Positions 34,470 to 52,912 of a DNA stretch of 64,000 nucleotides are shown here, piece after piece. The stretch is taken from the NCBI RefSeq assembly GCF_009914755.1, contig NC_060947.1. One strand, given 5' to 3'. The DNA is from the human T2T-CHM13v2.0 reference genome, Homo sapiens. Position 1 is the stretch's first letter. Each line of letters begins with the position of its first letter. The position numbers and the translations under genes are program-made. The notes under the pieces are model-generated. The model worked only from the letters and a program-made list of their open reading frames with translations. It was not told where the DNA came from and searched no databases.

Positions 34470-37400
34470 TCACCTCCACTGGTGATACTCAGGCAAACAG
34501 GGTCTGGAGTGGACCTCCAGCAAACTGAAGCATACCTGCAGAAGAGGGGCCTAAATGTTAGAAGAAAAACTAACAAACAGAAAGAACAACAACAAAAAAG
34601 ACCCCCACACAAAAACTTCATCAAAAGTTCATCAGCCCCAAACATCAAAGGTAGATAAATCCATGAAGATGAGAAAAGAACAGCACAAAACGCTGAAAAT
34701 TCAAAAAACCAGAATGCCTCTTCTTCTACAAGTGATCTCAACTCCTCTCCAGCAAGGGCATAAAACTGGACAGAGAATGAGGTTGATGAATTGACAGAAG
34801 TAGGTTTCAGAAGGTGGGCAATAACAAACTCATTTGAGCTAAAGGAGCATGTTCTAACCCAATGTAAGGAAGCTAAGAACCTTGATTAAAGGTTACAGGA
34901 ACTGCTAACTAGAATAACCAGTTTAGAGAGAAACATAAATGACCTGATGGAGCTGAAAAACACAGCATGAGAACTTTGTGAAGCATACACAAGTATTAAT
35001 AGCCGAATCGATCATGCAGAAGAAAGGATATCAGAGATTGAAGATCACCTTGATGAAATAAAGTGTGAAGACAAGATTACAGAAAAATAATAAAAAGGAA
35101 TAAACAAAGCCTCCAAGAAATATGGGACTATGTGAAAAGACCAAACCTATGATTGATTGGTGTACCTGAAACTGATGGAGAGAATGGAACCAAGTTGGAA
35201 AACACACTTCAGGATATTATTTGGGAGAACTTCCCCAACCTAGCAAGACAGGCCAAGATTCAAATTCAGGAAATACAGAGAACACCACTAAGATACTCCT
35301 CGAGAAGATCAACTCCAAGACACATAATCATCAGATTCTTGAAGGTTGTAACAAGGAAAAAACGTTAATGGCAGCCAGAGAGAAAGGTCAGGTCACCTAC
35401 AAAGGGAAGTCCATCAGACTAACAGTGGATCTCTCTGCAGAAACCCTAGAAGCCAAAAGAAGGTGGGGGCCAATATTCAACATTCTTTAAAAAAAGAATT
35501 TTCAATCCAGAATTTTATATCCAGCCGAACTAAGCTTTGTAAGCAAAGGAGAAATAAAATCCTTTCCAGACAAGGAAAACCTGACTGATTTTGTCACCCT
35601 GAGGCCTGCCTTACAAGAGCTCCTGAAGGAGGCACACACACACACACATACACACACACACAAAACTGGTACCAGCCAGAGCAAAAACACACCAAAATAT
35701 AAACACCAATGACACTACGAAGAAATTGTATCAACTAATGTGCAAAATAACCAGCCAGGATCATAATGACAGGATCAAGTTCACACATAACAATATTAAC
35801 CTTAAATGTAAATGGACCAAATGTCCCAATTGAAAGGTACAGACTGGCAAATTGGATTAAGAGTCAAGACCAATTGGTGTGCTGTATTCAGGAGACAAAT
35901 CTCATGTGCAAAGACACACATAGGCTCAAAATAAAGGGATAGAGGAATATTTATCAAGCAAATGAAAAGCAAAAAAAAAAAAAACAAAAACAAAAGCAGT
36001 GGTTGCAGGATTGCAATCCTAGTCTCTGATAAAGCAGATTTTAAGCCAACAAAGATAAAAAAAAAAAAGACAAAGAAGGGCATTACATAATGGTAAAGGG
36101 TCAATGCAACAAGAAAAGCTAACTGTCCTAAGTATATATGCACCTGATACAGGAGCACCCAGATTCATAAAACAAGTTCTTAGAGACCTACGAAGAGACT
36201 TAGACTCCCACACAATAATAGTGGGAGACTTTAACACCCCACTGTCAATATTAGACAGATCAACAAGTCAGAAAAATAACAAGAATATTCAGCACTTGAA
36301 CTCAGCTTTGGATCAAGTGAACCAAATAGACATCTACAGAACTCTCTGCCCCAAATCAATAGAATATATATTTGTCTCAGTGCCACATGGCACTTATTCT
36401 AAAATTGACCACATAATTGGAAGCAAAAATGCTCCTCAGCAAATGCAAAAGAATGGAAATCATAACAGTCTCTCAGACCACAGTGCAATCAAATTAGAAC
36501 TCAGGATTAAGAAACTCACTCAAAACTTCACATCTACATGGAGATTGAACAACCTACTCCTGAATGACTATAGGGTAAATAACAAAATTAAGGCAGAAAT
36601 AAAGTTCTTTGAAACCAATGAGATCAAAGACACAACAGACTAGAATCTCTGAGGCACAGCTAAAGCAGTGTTAAGAGGGAAATTTATAGCACTAAAAGCC
36701 CACAGGAGAAAGTGGGAAAGATTTCAAATCGACCTCCTAACATCACAATTAAAAGAACTAGAGAATAAAGAGCAAACAAATTCAAAAGCTAGCAGAAAAC
36801 AAGAAATAACTAAGATCAGAGCAGAACTGAAGGAGATAGAGACACGAAAAACCCATCAAAAAATCAACAAATCCAGGAGCTGGTTTTCTGAAAAGATTAA
36901 CAAAATAGACGACTAGATAGACTAATAAAGAAGAAAAGAGAGAAGAATCAAATAGATACAATAAAAAATGATAAAGGGGATATCACCACTCATCTCACAG
37001 AAATACAAATTACCATCAGAGAATAATATAAACACCTCTATGCAGATAAACTAGAAAATCTAGACATAATGGATAAATTCCTGGACACATACACCCTCCT
37101 AAGACTAAATCAGGAAGAAGGCAAATGCCTGAACAGACTTATAACAAGTCCTGAAAATGAGGCAGTTATTAAATTGCCTAACAACCAAAAAAAGCCCAGG
37201 ACCAGATGGATTCACAGCCAAATTCTACCAGAGGTACAAAGAGGAGCTGTTACTATTCCTTCTAAAGCTATTCCAAACAACATAAAAAGAGGTACTCCTC
37301 CCTAACTTATTTTTTCAGGCCAGCGTCATTCTGATACCAAAGCCTGGCAGAAACACAACAAAAAAAGAGAATTTCAGGCCAATATCCCTCATGAACAACG

Positions 37401-37623
37401 ATGTGAAAATCCTCCATAAAATACTGGCAAACCGAATCCAGCAGCACATCAAAAATCTTATCCAACATGATCTAGTCAGCTTCATCCATGGGATGCAAGA
37501 CTGGTTCAACATATGCAAATCAATAAACGTAATCCATCACATAAACAGAACCAATGACGAAAACCACATGATTATCTCAGTAGATGCAGAAAAGGTTGTC
37601 AATAAAATTCAACATCCCTTCAT
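34470..37623 (+). mobile_element. L1PA7-10-like internal fragment (end of 5'UTR, ORF1, ORF2 5' half), no 3' end
   Basis: ORF1 remnants (IGVPETDGENGTKLENTLQD) and ORF2 EN/RT remnants to ...KIQHPF; ends abruptly with no poly(A). A (CA)n tract at 35633-35662 lies inside ORF1. Confidence 0.88.
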
Positions 37624-40600
37624 CAGTATAAAAAGCACAGGACAAGACAGATTAAACAGCTGAATTCTATGAAACATATAAATAATTCTATGAAACAGAT
37701 AAAGAGCTGGTACCATTCCTACTGAAACTATTCCAAAAATTTAGGAGTAGGGACTCCCCTAATTCATTTTCTGAGGCAAGCATCATTCTGATACCAAAAC
37801 TAGGCAAACGCACAACAACAACAATAATGAAAACATTGGGCTAATATCCTTGATGCAAATATCCTCAAAAAAAAAAACCAGCCAATCGAATGCAGCAGCA
37901 GATCAAAAAGCAAATTCCCCATGATCAAGTAGCCTTTATTCCTGAGATTCAAGGTGGTTTTAATATACACAAATCAATAAATGTGACTCATCACATAAAC
38001 AGAGTTAAACACATGATCATATCAATACACGCAGAAAATTGTTTCAATAAAATTAAACATCTGTTTATGTTAAAAAAAACTCTCAAGAAACTGGACAGTG
38101 GAGGAAAACATTCAAAATAATAAAAACCATCCATGACAAATCCACAGCCAACATTACACTTAGCAGGTAAAAACTGGAACCATTCCCCTTAAGATCCAAA
38201 ACAGGACAAGGATACCCCCTCTCACCACTCCTATTCAACGTATTATGGGAAGTCCTAGCCAGATAAATCCGGCAAGAGAAATAAAATATATCCAAAGAGG
38301 AAGAGAGGAAGTCAAACTATCTCTATGCGCAGATGACATAATTTTACACCAGGAAAACACCATGGTCTCTTCCCAAAAGTTCATAGATCTGAAAAACAAC
38401 TTCAGCAAAGTTTCAAGATACAAAATCAATGTACAAAAATTAGCATTTATATAAATCAACAACATCCAAGCTAAGTGTGGAATCAAGAATAAAATCCCAC
38501 TCACAATAGCCACACACAAAAATAAAATACCCAGGAATACAGCTAACCAGGGTGTTAAAAGATCTCTACAACGAGAATTACAAAACACTGCTGAAAGGCA
38601 TCAGAAATGACACAAACAAATGGAAAAATACTCCATGCTCATTGATAGAAAAAATCAATATTCTTAAAATGGTCATACTTTCCAAAGCAATATACAGGTT
38701 CAATGCTGTACCTATCAAACTACCAATGATATTGTTTGCAGAACTACAGAAAACTAACCTAAAATTCATATGGAACCAACAAAGAGCCCAAATATCCAAA
38801 GCAATCCTAAACAAAAATAACAAAGCTGGAGGCATTATGCTACCTGACTTCAAATTATACTGTGAAGATACAGCAACCAAAACAGCATGGTACTAGTACA
38901 AAAACAGACCAACGGAATGCCGTAATCTGATCATTGACAAAATAGAAAAAACAAGTAATGGGGAAAGGAATTCCTATTTAATAATTGGTTCCAGGACAAC
39001 TGGCTAGCTATATGTAGTAGATTGAAACTGGATGCCTTTCTTACACCATATACAAAAATCAACTGAAGATTAATTAAAGACTTAAATGTAAGACATTGAA
39101 CTCTAAATGCCCTTGAAGAAAACCTAGAAAATACTATTCTGGAAATAGTCCTTGGCAGAGATTTTATGACAAAGACTCCAGAAGCAATTGCAACAAAACC
39201 AGAAACTGACACATGGGACCCAATTAAACTAATACGCACAGCAAAAGAAACTATCAACAGAGTAAACAGACAACCTACATAATGGGAGAAAATTTTTGCC
39301 AACTATGCATCAGACAAAGGTCTAATACTCAGAATCTATAAGGAATGTAAACAAATCTTCAAGAGATAAACAAACAACACCATTAAAAAGTGGGCAAAAG
39401 ACATGAACCGAAACTCTTCAAAAGAAGACATATATGTGACTGACAAGCATATGAGAAAATGCTCAACATCACTAATCATTAGAGCAATGCAAATCAAAAC
39501 CACAATGAGATACCACCTCACACCAGTCAAAATGGCTATTATTAAAAAGTCAAAAAATAACAGATGCTGATGAGGTTGCAGAGAAAAGGAAATCTTATTC
39601 ACTGCTGGCAGGGATATAAATTAGTTCAGCCAAGGTGGAAAGCAGTTTGGCAATTCTCAAACACCTTAAAACAGAAGTACCATTAAACTCAGCAATTCCA
39701 TTGTTGGGTATATAACTGAAGGAATATAAATCATTCTACCATAAAGACACATCCACAAGCATGTTCATCACGGCACTATTTACAATGGCAAAGTTATGGA
39801 ATCAACATAGATGCCCGTGAATGGTAGATTTGATTTAAATAATATTTTATATATTTTTATATATATATTTGATATATATTTATATATATATTTATATATT
39901 TCTTAATATATATTTTATATATTTCTTAATATATATATTATATATATAATATATAATATATATTTTTTATATATATTATATATTATATATATAATATATA
40001 ATATATATTTTTTATATATATTATATATTATATATATAATATATAATATATATTTTTTATATATATTATATATTATATATATATTTTATATATATATTTT
40101 ATATATATTATACATTATATATTTTTTATATATTATATATTATATATTTTTTATATATTATATATTTTATATATATATTTTATATATTATATATTTTGTA
40201 TATATATTTTATATATATTTTATATATATATTTTATATATATTATATATAATATATATTTTATATATATATTTTATATATATTATATATAATATATATTT
40301 TATATATATATTTTATATATATTATATATATTACATATATTTTATATATATATTTTATATATATTATATATATTACATATATTTCATATATATTATATAT
40401 ATTACATATATTTTATATATATTATATATATTACATATATTTTATATATATTATATATATTACATATATTTCATATATATATTATATATATTACATATAT
40501 TTCATATATATATTATATATATTAAATATATTTCATATATATATTATATATTATATATATTTTATATATGTTATATATTATATATATTTTATATATTATA

Positions 40601-43390
40601 TATATTATATAAATTATATATATTTTATATATTATATATATTATATATATTTTATAAATATAATATATATTTTATATATATTATATATATTATATATATT
40701 TTATATATATTATATATATTATATATATTTTATATATATTATATATTATATATTTTATATATATTATATATATTATATATTTTATATATATTATATATAT
40801 TATATATATAGATATTTCATATATGTTATATGTATTATATATTATTTATATATTTTATATGTATTTATATATATAATATATTTTATATATATTTTATATA
40901 TATAATATATCTTACATATATATATAATATATATTATATATATTTTATATATGTAATATATATGATATATATAATATATCTTTTATACATATAATATATG
41001 TTATATATGTTATATATATTTTATATATATAATATGTGTTATATATATTTTATATATATTTTATAATTATAATATATATTATATATATCTTAAATATATA
41101 TTATACATATAATATATATAACATATTATATATAATATATAATATATATAATATATATTATATATTACATATATTATATATAATATATAATATATATTAT
41201 ATATATTATATATTATATATAATACATTATATATTATATATTATATAATATATATTATATATATTATATATTATATATAATACATTATATATTATATATT
41301 ATATATTATATATAATACATTATATATTATATATTATATATTATATATAATATATAATACATTATATATTAGATAATATATATTATATATTATATATTAT
41401 ACATTATATATTATATACTATATATTATATATTATATATAATATATTATATATTATATAATATATAATATATTATATATAATATATTATATATAATATAT
41501 ATTATATATTATATATAATATATTATATATTATATAATATATTATATATTATATATTATATATAATATATAATATATTATATATTATATATAATATATGT
41601 TATATATTATATGTTATATATTATATATTTTATATATTATATGTTATATATTATATATTATATATATTATATATTATATATATTACATATTATATATATT
41701 ATATAATATATTATATATAATATATAATATGTATTATATAATATATTATATATATTATATAATATATATTATATATAATATATAATATATATTTTATAAT
41801 ATATATTATATATATTATATAATATATATGATATATATGATATAATATATATTTCACAATATATATGATATATATTATATCATATATATTTTACAATATA
41901 TATGATATATATTATATCATATATATTATATATATTATATCATATATATCATATATATTATATCATATATATTATATATTATATATATTATATCATATAT
42001 ATTATATATATTATATCATATATATTATATATTATATATATTATATCATATATATTATATCATATATATTATATCATATATATTATATCATATATATTAT
42101 ATCATATATATTATATATATTATATCATATATATTATATATTATATCATATATATTATATCATATATATTATATATTATATCATATATATTATATCATAT
42201 ATATTATATCATATATATTATATATAATATATATGACATAATATATATGATATAATATATATATTATATAATACATATTATATATTATATATATTATATA
42301 ATATATATTATATATTATATATTATATAATATATATATTTTATATATTATATATACTTTTTATATATATAATATATATTTTATATATATTATATATGTTA
42401 TATATAATGTATATTATATATGTTATATATAATGTATATTATATATGTTATATATAATATATATTATATATGTTATATTATATATGTTATATATAATATA
42501 TATTATGTATTATGCATATTTTACATATTATATATTTATTTTTTATTAAATATTATATATATTATATATAAATATATATGTTATATATATTTTAATATAT
42601 ACGTTTATATATTACATATATTTTATATATATTATATATCTAATATATATATTAGATATCTAATATATATTAGATATTATATATATTAGATATCTAATAT
42701 ATATATTAGATATTATATATATTAGATATCTAAGATATATATTATATATTATATATATTAGATATCTTATATATATTATATATATTAGATATCTAATATA
42801 TATAATATATATTACATAGATATTAGATATCTAATATATATTATATATATTATATATTATATATATTATTATATATTATATATATTATATATAATATATA
42901 TTATAATATATATTATATATATTTTATATGTATTTTATATATATATTTTATATATATTTTATATATTTTATATATAATATATATTATATATACTATATAT
43001 ATATTATATAATATATATACACCATGAAATACTATACAGCCATGAAAAAGAATGAGATGATATTCTTTGCAGCAACGTGGATGGAGCTGGAGGCCTTTGA
43101 CCTAAGGAAACTAACACAGGAATAAAAAACCAAATGCTACATATTCTTACTTATGGGTGGGAGCTAAATACTGAGTACGTATGGACACAAAGAAGATAAC
43201 AATAGACACCAGGGCCTACCTGAAGGTGAAGGGTAGGGGGAGGCTGAGGATCAAGCAACTACCTATTGGATACTATGCTTATTTGCTTATTACCCAGGTG
43301 ATAAATCTGTCCATCAAACTTCCATGACATGCAATTTACCTATATAACAAATGTGCATATGTACCACTGAAACTAAAATAAAAGTGAAAA
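37624..43390 (+). mobile_element. 5'-truncated L1PA15/16-like element interrupted by a TA-rich expansion
   Basis: ORF2 from the [12 protein letters not shown]-equivalent onward (LSLCADD); resumes at 43017 atacaccatg; 3'UTR gaggatcaagcaactacctattggatactatgctt...ctaaaataaaagt. Confidence 0.85.
39838..43018. repeat. ~3.2-kb compound (TA)n-derived minisatellite / low-complexity array
   Basis: Almost pure A/T with sub-arrays: 45-mer x3 (39941-40075), ttacatatat units, tatatcatatatat units and attagatatctaat palindromes. Confidence 0.98.
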
Positions 43391-43508
43391 GAAATGTATA
43401 AGTTAAAGAACAATGTAGTAAACAAAGGCAGTAAAGATATCTGAAAATATGTAAAATAGAGAATAGTAAAATGAAAGCAAAGCAAAAGATATATTAATAA
43501 TAGTCCCA

Positions 43509-43795
43509 GGCTGGGCACAGTGGCTCATGCTTGTAATCACAGCACTTTGGGAGGGCAGGAGGATTGCTTGAGACCACAAGTTTGAGAATAGGCTTGGCAA
43601 AACAGTGAGATGCTGTCTCTACAATTTTTTTTTTAATTAGCCTGGCATGGTCGTATATGCTTGTAGTTTCTAGCTACTAAGGAATCTGAGGCAGGAGGAT
43701 CACTGGAGCCCAGGATTTTGAGGTTACGGTGAACTATGATCACACCACTGAACTCCAGCCTGGAGTTCAGAGTGAATCCCTGTCTCAGTAATAAT
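43509..43795 (+). mobile_element. AluJ
   Basis: ggctgggcacagtggctcatgc...ggaggattgcttgag...gaactatgatcacaccactgaactccagcctgg. Confidence 0.92.
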
Positions 43796-43914
43796 AATAT
43801 GCACAAATACTAAAAATTACAATTCAAATTTAATAAGGATCTGGCAAATAAAATATTTTAAGTAAAAAGGAGCACAGTAGTCACAAGTGGCTAGAGAAGG
43901 CCATACTGGATTAC

Positions 43915-44130
43915 GTGGTTATACAACATTATGGTAATTTTCAATTTATCACCTCATTTGATCCATACAAATGAGTTAAAGCAGGTATGGTAAATATTAT
44001 CACTCACATATTACCAATAAGTAAGCTCGAGACCGAAATGGTTTTCAAGGTCATATAGTTAGCAAGAGCTATGTAGAGCTGGAATGCAAAATGAGAATCC
44101 ACTGTTTAAAACATCTGTTAATTATGCAGT
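43915..44130 (+). mobile_element. MIR SINE, diverged
   Basis: cctcatttgatccatacaa...ggtaaatattatcactcacatattacc...ttcaaggtcatatagttagcaag...agagctggaat. Confidence 0.6.
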
Positions 44131-44146
44131 ACCAAGTATTATTAAG

Positions 44147-44243
44147 GTATGGCACCCATATAAACATGCCACTCAGATCCCCTGCTACAAGGAGATTGAC
44201 TGAGGGCTCCAGCTGTGGCCCCTCTGGATTTACCACTGAATTT
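44147..44243 (+). mobile_element. ERVL LTR16C-like LTR, 5' piece
   Basis: ggcacccatataaacatgccactcagatccc...gactgagggctccagctg...tctggatttaccactg resembles the remembered LTR16C start and continues at 58550. Confidence 0.65.
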
Positions 44244-45757
44244 TTCAAAATTTTTATTTCTTCTAAAAACAAACAAAAAAACAAAAACTGCATACATGTG
44301 CAGAACGTACAGGTTTGTTACATAGGTATACGTGTGAAATGGTGGTTTGCTGTACCTACTGACCCATCCTCTAAGTTCCCTCCCCTCGGGCCCCACCCCT
44401 CAACAGGCCCTGATGTGTGTTGTTCCCCTCTCTGAGTCCACGTGTTCTCATTGCTCAATTCCCACTTACGAGTAAGAATATGCTGTGTTTGGTTTTCTGT
44501 TCCTGTGCTAGTTTGCTGAGGATGATGGCTTCCAGTTTCATCCACGTCCCTGCAAAGGGCATGATATCATTTCTTTTTATGGCAGAATAGTGTTCCATTG
44601 TGTATGTGTACCACGTTTTCTTTATCCAGTCTATCTTTGATGGGCATTTGGGTTGGTTCCATGTCTTTGCTATCGTAAATAGTGCTGCAATAAACACTTG
44701 TGCATATGTCTTTATAGTCGAACGATTTATATTCCTTTGGGTATATATCCAATAATGGAATTGCTGGATCAAATTGTATTTCTGGTTCTAGATCCTTGAA
44801 AAATCTCCACACTGTCTTCCACAATGATTGAATTAATTTACATTCCCACCAATGGTGTAAAAGCATTCCTATTTCTCCACAGCCTCACCAGCATTTATTG
44901 TTTCCTAACTTTTTAATAATCACCATTCTGAATGGCATGAGATGGTATCTCATAGTGGTTTTGATTTGTATTTTTCTGATGATCAGTGATGTTGAGCTTT
45001 TTTTTATGTTTGTTGGCTGCATGAATGTCTTCTTTTGAGAAGTGTCTGTTCATGCTCTTCACTCACTTTTTTATGGTGTTTTTTTCTGTAAATTTGTTTA
45101 AGTTTCTTGTAAATTCTGGATATTAGACCTTTGTCAGATGGATAGATTGCAAAAATTTTCTCCCATTCTGTATGTTGCCTATCAACTCTGATGATAGTTT
45201 CTTTTGCTGTGCAGAAGCTCTTTAGTTTAACTAGATTCCATTTGTCAATTTTGGCTTTTGTTGAAATGGCTTTTGGAGTTTTTGTCATGAAGTCTTTTCC
45301 CATCCCTATGTCCTGAATGGTATTGCCTAGGTTTTCTTCTAGGGTTTTTATGGTTTGGGGCTTTACATTTAAGTCTTTAATCTATCTTGAGTTAAGTTTT
45401 ATATAAGGTGTAAGGAAGGGGTCCAGTTTCAGTTTTCTGCATATGGCTAGCCAGTATTCCCAGCACCATTTACTGAATAAAAGATCCTTTCCCCATTGCT
45501 TGTTTTTGTTAGGTTTGTAGAAGATCAGATGGTTGTAGATGTGAGGTGTTATTTCTGAGCTCTCTGTTCTGCTCTATTGGTCTATATGTCTGTTTTGGTA
45601 CCAGTACCATGCTGTTTTGGTTACTGTGGCCTTGTAGTATAGTTTGAAGTCAGGTAGCGTGATGTCTCCAGGTTTGTTTTTTTGCTTAGGATTGTCTTGG
45701 CTATATGGGGTTTTCTTTGATTCCATATGAAATTTAAAATAGTTTTTTCTAATTCTG
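44244..45757 (-). mobile_element. 5'-truncated L1PA8
   Basis: L1PA8-type end tttatttcttctaaaaa...atacatgtgcagaacg...ctctaagttccctcccctc; flanked by taccactgaattt (44231) and taccactttattt (45758). Confidence 0.88.
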
Positions 45758-47267
45758 TACCACTTTATTTATTTTGTTATTTATATTTTTCCATAAGTTA
45801 TTTGGGTACAGGTGGTATTTGGTTATGTAAGTTCTTTAGTGGTGATTAGTGAGATTTCAATGCACCTATCATCCTATTTGCATTCTTTTATTCCTCATTT
45901 CCCTTCCACACTTTTCCCCAAGACCCCAAAGTCCATTGTGTCATTCTTATGCCTTTGCGTCCTCATAGGTTAGCTCCCACATATCAGTGAGAACATATGA
46001 TGTTTGCTTTTCCATTCCTGAGTTACTTCACTTAGAATAATAGTCTCCAATTGCATCCCAGTAGCCACAAATGTCATTAATTCATTCCTTTTTATGGCTG
46101 AGTAGTATTCCATCTTATATATCACAGGTTCTATATCCATTCATTGATTGATGAGCATTTGGGTTGGTTTCACAATTTTGCAATTGCAAATTGTGCTGCT
46201 ATAAACATGCGTGTAAGAGTGTCTTTTTTGTATAATGACTTCTTTTTCTCTGGGTAACTACCCAGTAGTGGAATTGCTGGGTCAAATGGTAGTTCTACTT
46301 TTAGTTGTTTAAGGAATCTCCACACTGTTTTCCATAGTGGTTGTACTAGTTTACATTCCCACCAGCAGTGTAGAAGTGTTCCATGATCACCACATCCATG
46401 CCAACGTGTACTGTTTTTAGATTATTTATTATGGCCATTCTTGCAGGCATCGCATTGGTATCGCATTGTGCTTTTGATTTGCATTTCCCTGATTATTAAT
46501 GAAGTTGAGCATTTTTTCATATGTTTGTTGGCCATTTATATCTTCTTTTGAGAGTTGTCTATTCATGTCTTTAGCCCATTTTTTGTGGATTTGTGTTCAT
46601 TGTAGCTTCTGGATATTAGTCCTTTGTCAGATGTAGAGATTGTGAAGATTTTCTCCCACTCTATGGGTTGTCTGTTTACTCTGCTGACTGTTCCTTTTGC
46701 TGTGAAAAGCTCATTAGATTAATTAAGTTCCATCTATTTATCTTTGTTTATTGCACTTGCTTTTCGGTTCCTGGTCATGAAATCCTAACCTAAGCCAGTG
46801 TCTAGAAGTGTTTTCCCATGTTATCTTCTAGAATTTTTATAGTTTCAAATATTAGATTTAAGTCCTTAATACATCTTGAGTTGATGTTTGTATAAGGTGA
46901 CAGATGATGATCCAGTTTCATTCTTCTATGTGTGGCTAGCCAATTATCCCAACACCATTTGTTGAAAAGGGTGTCCTTTCCCTGCTTTATGTTTTTGTTT
47001 GCTTTGTCAAAGACCAGTTGGCTATAAGTATTTGGGTTCATTTCTGGGTTCTCTATTCTGTACCATTGGTCTATATGCCTATTTTCATAGGTTAATTTGT
47101 AGACTGCTTTTTGCCGTATGGTCATTTTCACAATATTGATTCTACCCGTTTATGAGCATGGGATGTGTTTCTATTTGTTTGTGTCATCTATGATTTCTGT
47201 CAGCAGTGTTTTGTAGTTTTCTTTGTAGAGGTCTTTTGCCTCCTTGTTTAGGAATAATCCTAAGGGG

Positions 47268-47609
47268 TTTTTTGTTGTTGTTGTTTTGTTTTTGGTTTTT
47301 GTTTTTTTGTTTTGTTTTGTTTTGAGACAGAGTCTTGCTCTGTCACCCAGGCTGGAGCGCAGTGATGTGATCTCGGCTCACTGCAACTCCACCTCCCAAT
47401 TTCAAGCAATTCTCCTGCCTCAGCCTCCTGAGTAGCTGGGACTACAGGTGAGTGCCACCATGCCCAGCTAATTTTTTTTTTTTTGTATTTTAGTAGAGAT
47501 GGGGTTTCACCATGTTGGCCAGGCTGGTCTCAATCTCCTGACCTAGTGATCCACCCACCTCAGACTCCCAAAGTGCTGGGATTACAGGCGTGAGCCACCA
47601 TGCCCAGCC
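47268..47609 (-). mobile_element. AluS (Sc/Sg-like) with (GTTTT)n tail
   Basis: Full dimer with gacctagtgatcc (2-bp-deletion class) and gggactacagg; no clear TSD. Confidence 0.93.
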
Positions 47610-49029
47610 TGAGTTCTTGATTTGATTCTCAGCTTGGTTGCTGTTGGTATATAGAAGAGCTACTGATTTGTGTACATTAATCTTGTATCCGGAAACTCTG
47701 CTGAATTTTTTTAACAATTCTAGGAGTTTTCTGGAGGAATCTTTAGGGTTTTCAAGTTTGACGATCACATTATCAGCAAACAATGATCATTTTACTTCCA
47801 CTTTACTGACTAGTAGACCCTTTATTTCTTTCTCTTGTCTGACTGCTCTGGCTAGGACTTCCAGTAGTAAGTTGAAGAGGAATGGTAAGAGTGGGCATTC
47901 TTGTTTTATTCCAGTTCTCAGAGGGGATGCTTTCAACTTTTCCCCATTCAGTATTATGTTGGCTTTGGGTTTATCACAGCTGGCTTTTATTACGTTGAGG
48001 TATGATCCTTGTATGCCAATTTTGCTGAGAGTTTTAATGCTGAAGTGATGCTGGAGTTTGTCAAGTGCTTTTTCTTCATCTATTGAGATGATCATGTGAT
48101 TTTTGTTTTTAATTCTGTTTATGTTGTGTATCACATTTATTCACTTAGGTATGTTAAGCCATCCCTGCATTCCCGGTATGAAAACCACTTGATCATGGTG
48201 GATTATCTTTTTGATATGTGGTTGGATTCAGTTAGCTAGTATTTTGCTAAGGTTTTTAGCATGTTCATCACGGATATCAATCTGTAATTTTCTTTTTGGG
48301 TTATGTCCTTTCCTAGTTTTGGTATTAGGGTGATGTTGGCTTCATAGAATAAATTAGAGAGGATTCTCTCTTTCTCTGTCTTGTAGAATAGTGTCAAAAG
48401 GATTGGTACTAATTCTTCTTTGAATGCCTGGTAAAATTCTGCTGTGAATCCATCTGGTCCTGGACTTTTTTTGTTGGTAATTTTTAAATTACCATTTCCA
48501 TCTCTCTGCTTATTATTGGTCTGTTCGCAGTATCTAATTCTTCCTGATTTAAGCTAGGAGGGTTGTATTTTTTAAGGAATTTATTCATTGCTTCTAGGTT
48601 TTTCACTTTATGTTTGAAAATGTGTTTATAGTAGCCTTGAATGATCTTTTGTATTTCAGTGTTGTCAGTTGTAAAATCTCCCATTTTGTGTCTTATTGAG
48701 GCTATTTGGATTTTCTCTCTTCTTTTCTTGATTAATCCTGCTAATGGTCCATCAATTTTATTTATTTTCTCAAAGAGCCAGCTTTCTGTTTCATTTACCT
48801 TTGTATTTTTTTTATTTTATTATTATTATACTTTAAGTTTTAGAGTACATGTGCACAATGTGCACGTTAGTTACATATGTATACATGTGCCATGCAGCTG
48901 TGCTGCACCCATTAAGTCATCATTTAGTATTAGGTATATCTCCTAAAGCTATCCCTCCCCCCTCCCCCCACCCCACAACAGTCCCCAGAGTGTGATGATC
49001 CCCTTCCTGTGTCCATGTGTTCTCATTGT

Positions 49030-52849
<3,820 letters not shown>

Positions 52850-52912
52850 TATGATGTTAGCTGGTTATTTTGCTCATTAGTTGATGCAGTTTCTTCCTAG
52901 TCTCGATGGTCT

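Noticed and set aside
41036-42689. Ile/Tyr-rich ORFs, and the idea of a CRISPR-like or coded array in the TA block
   Set aside because: Low-complexity artefacts; there are no constant repeats separated by unique spacers.
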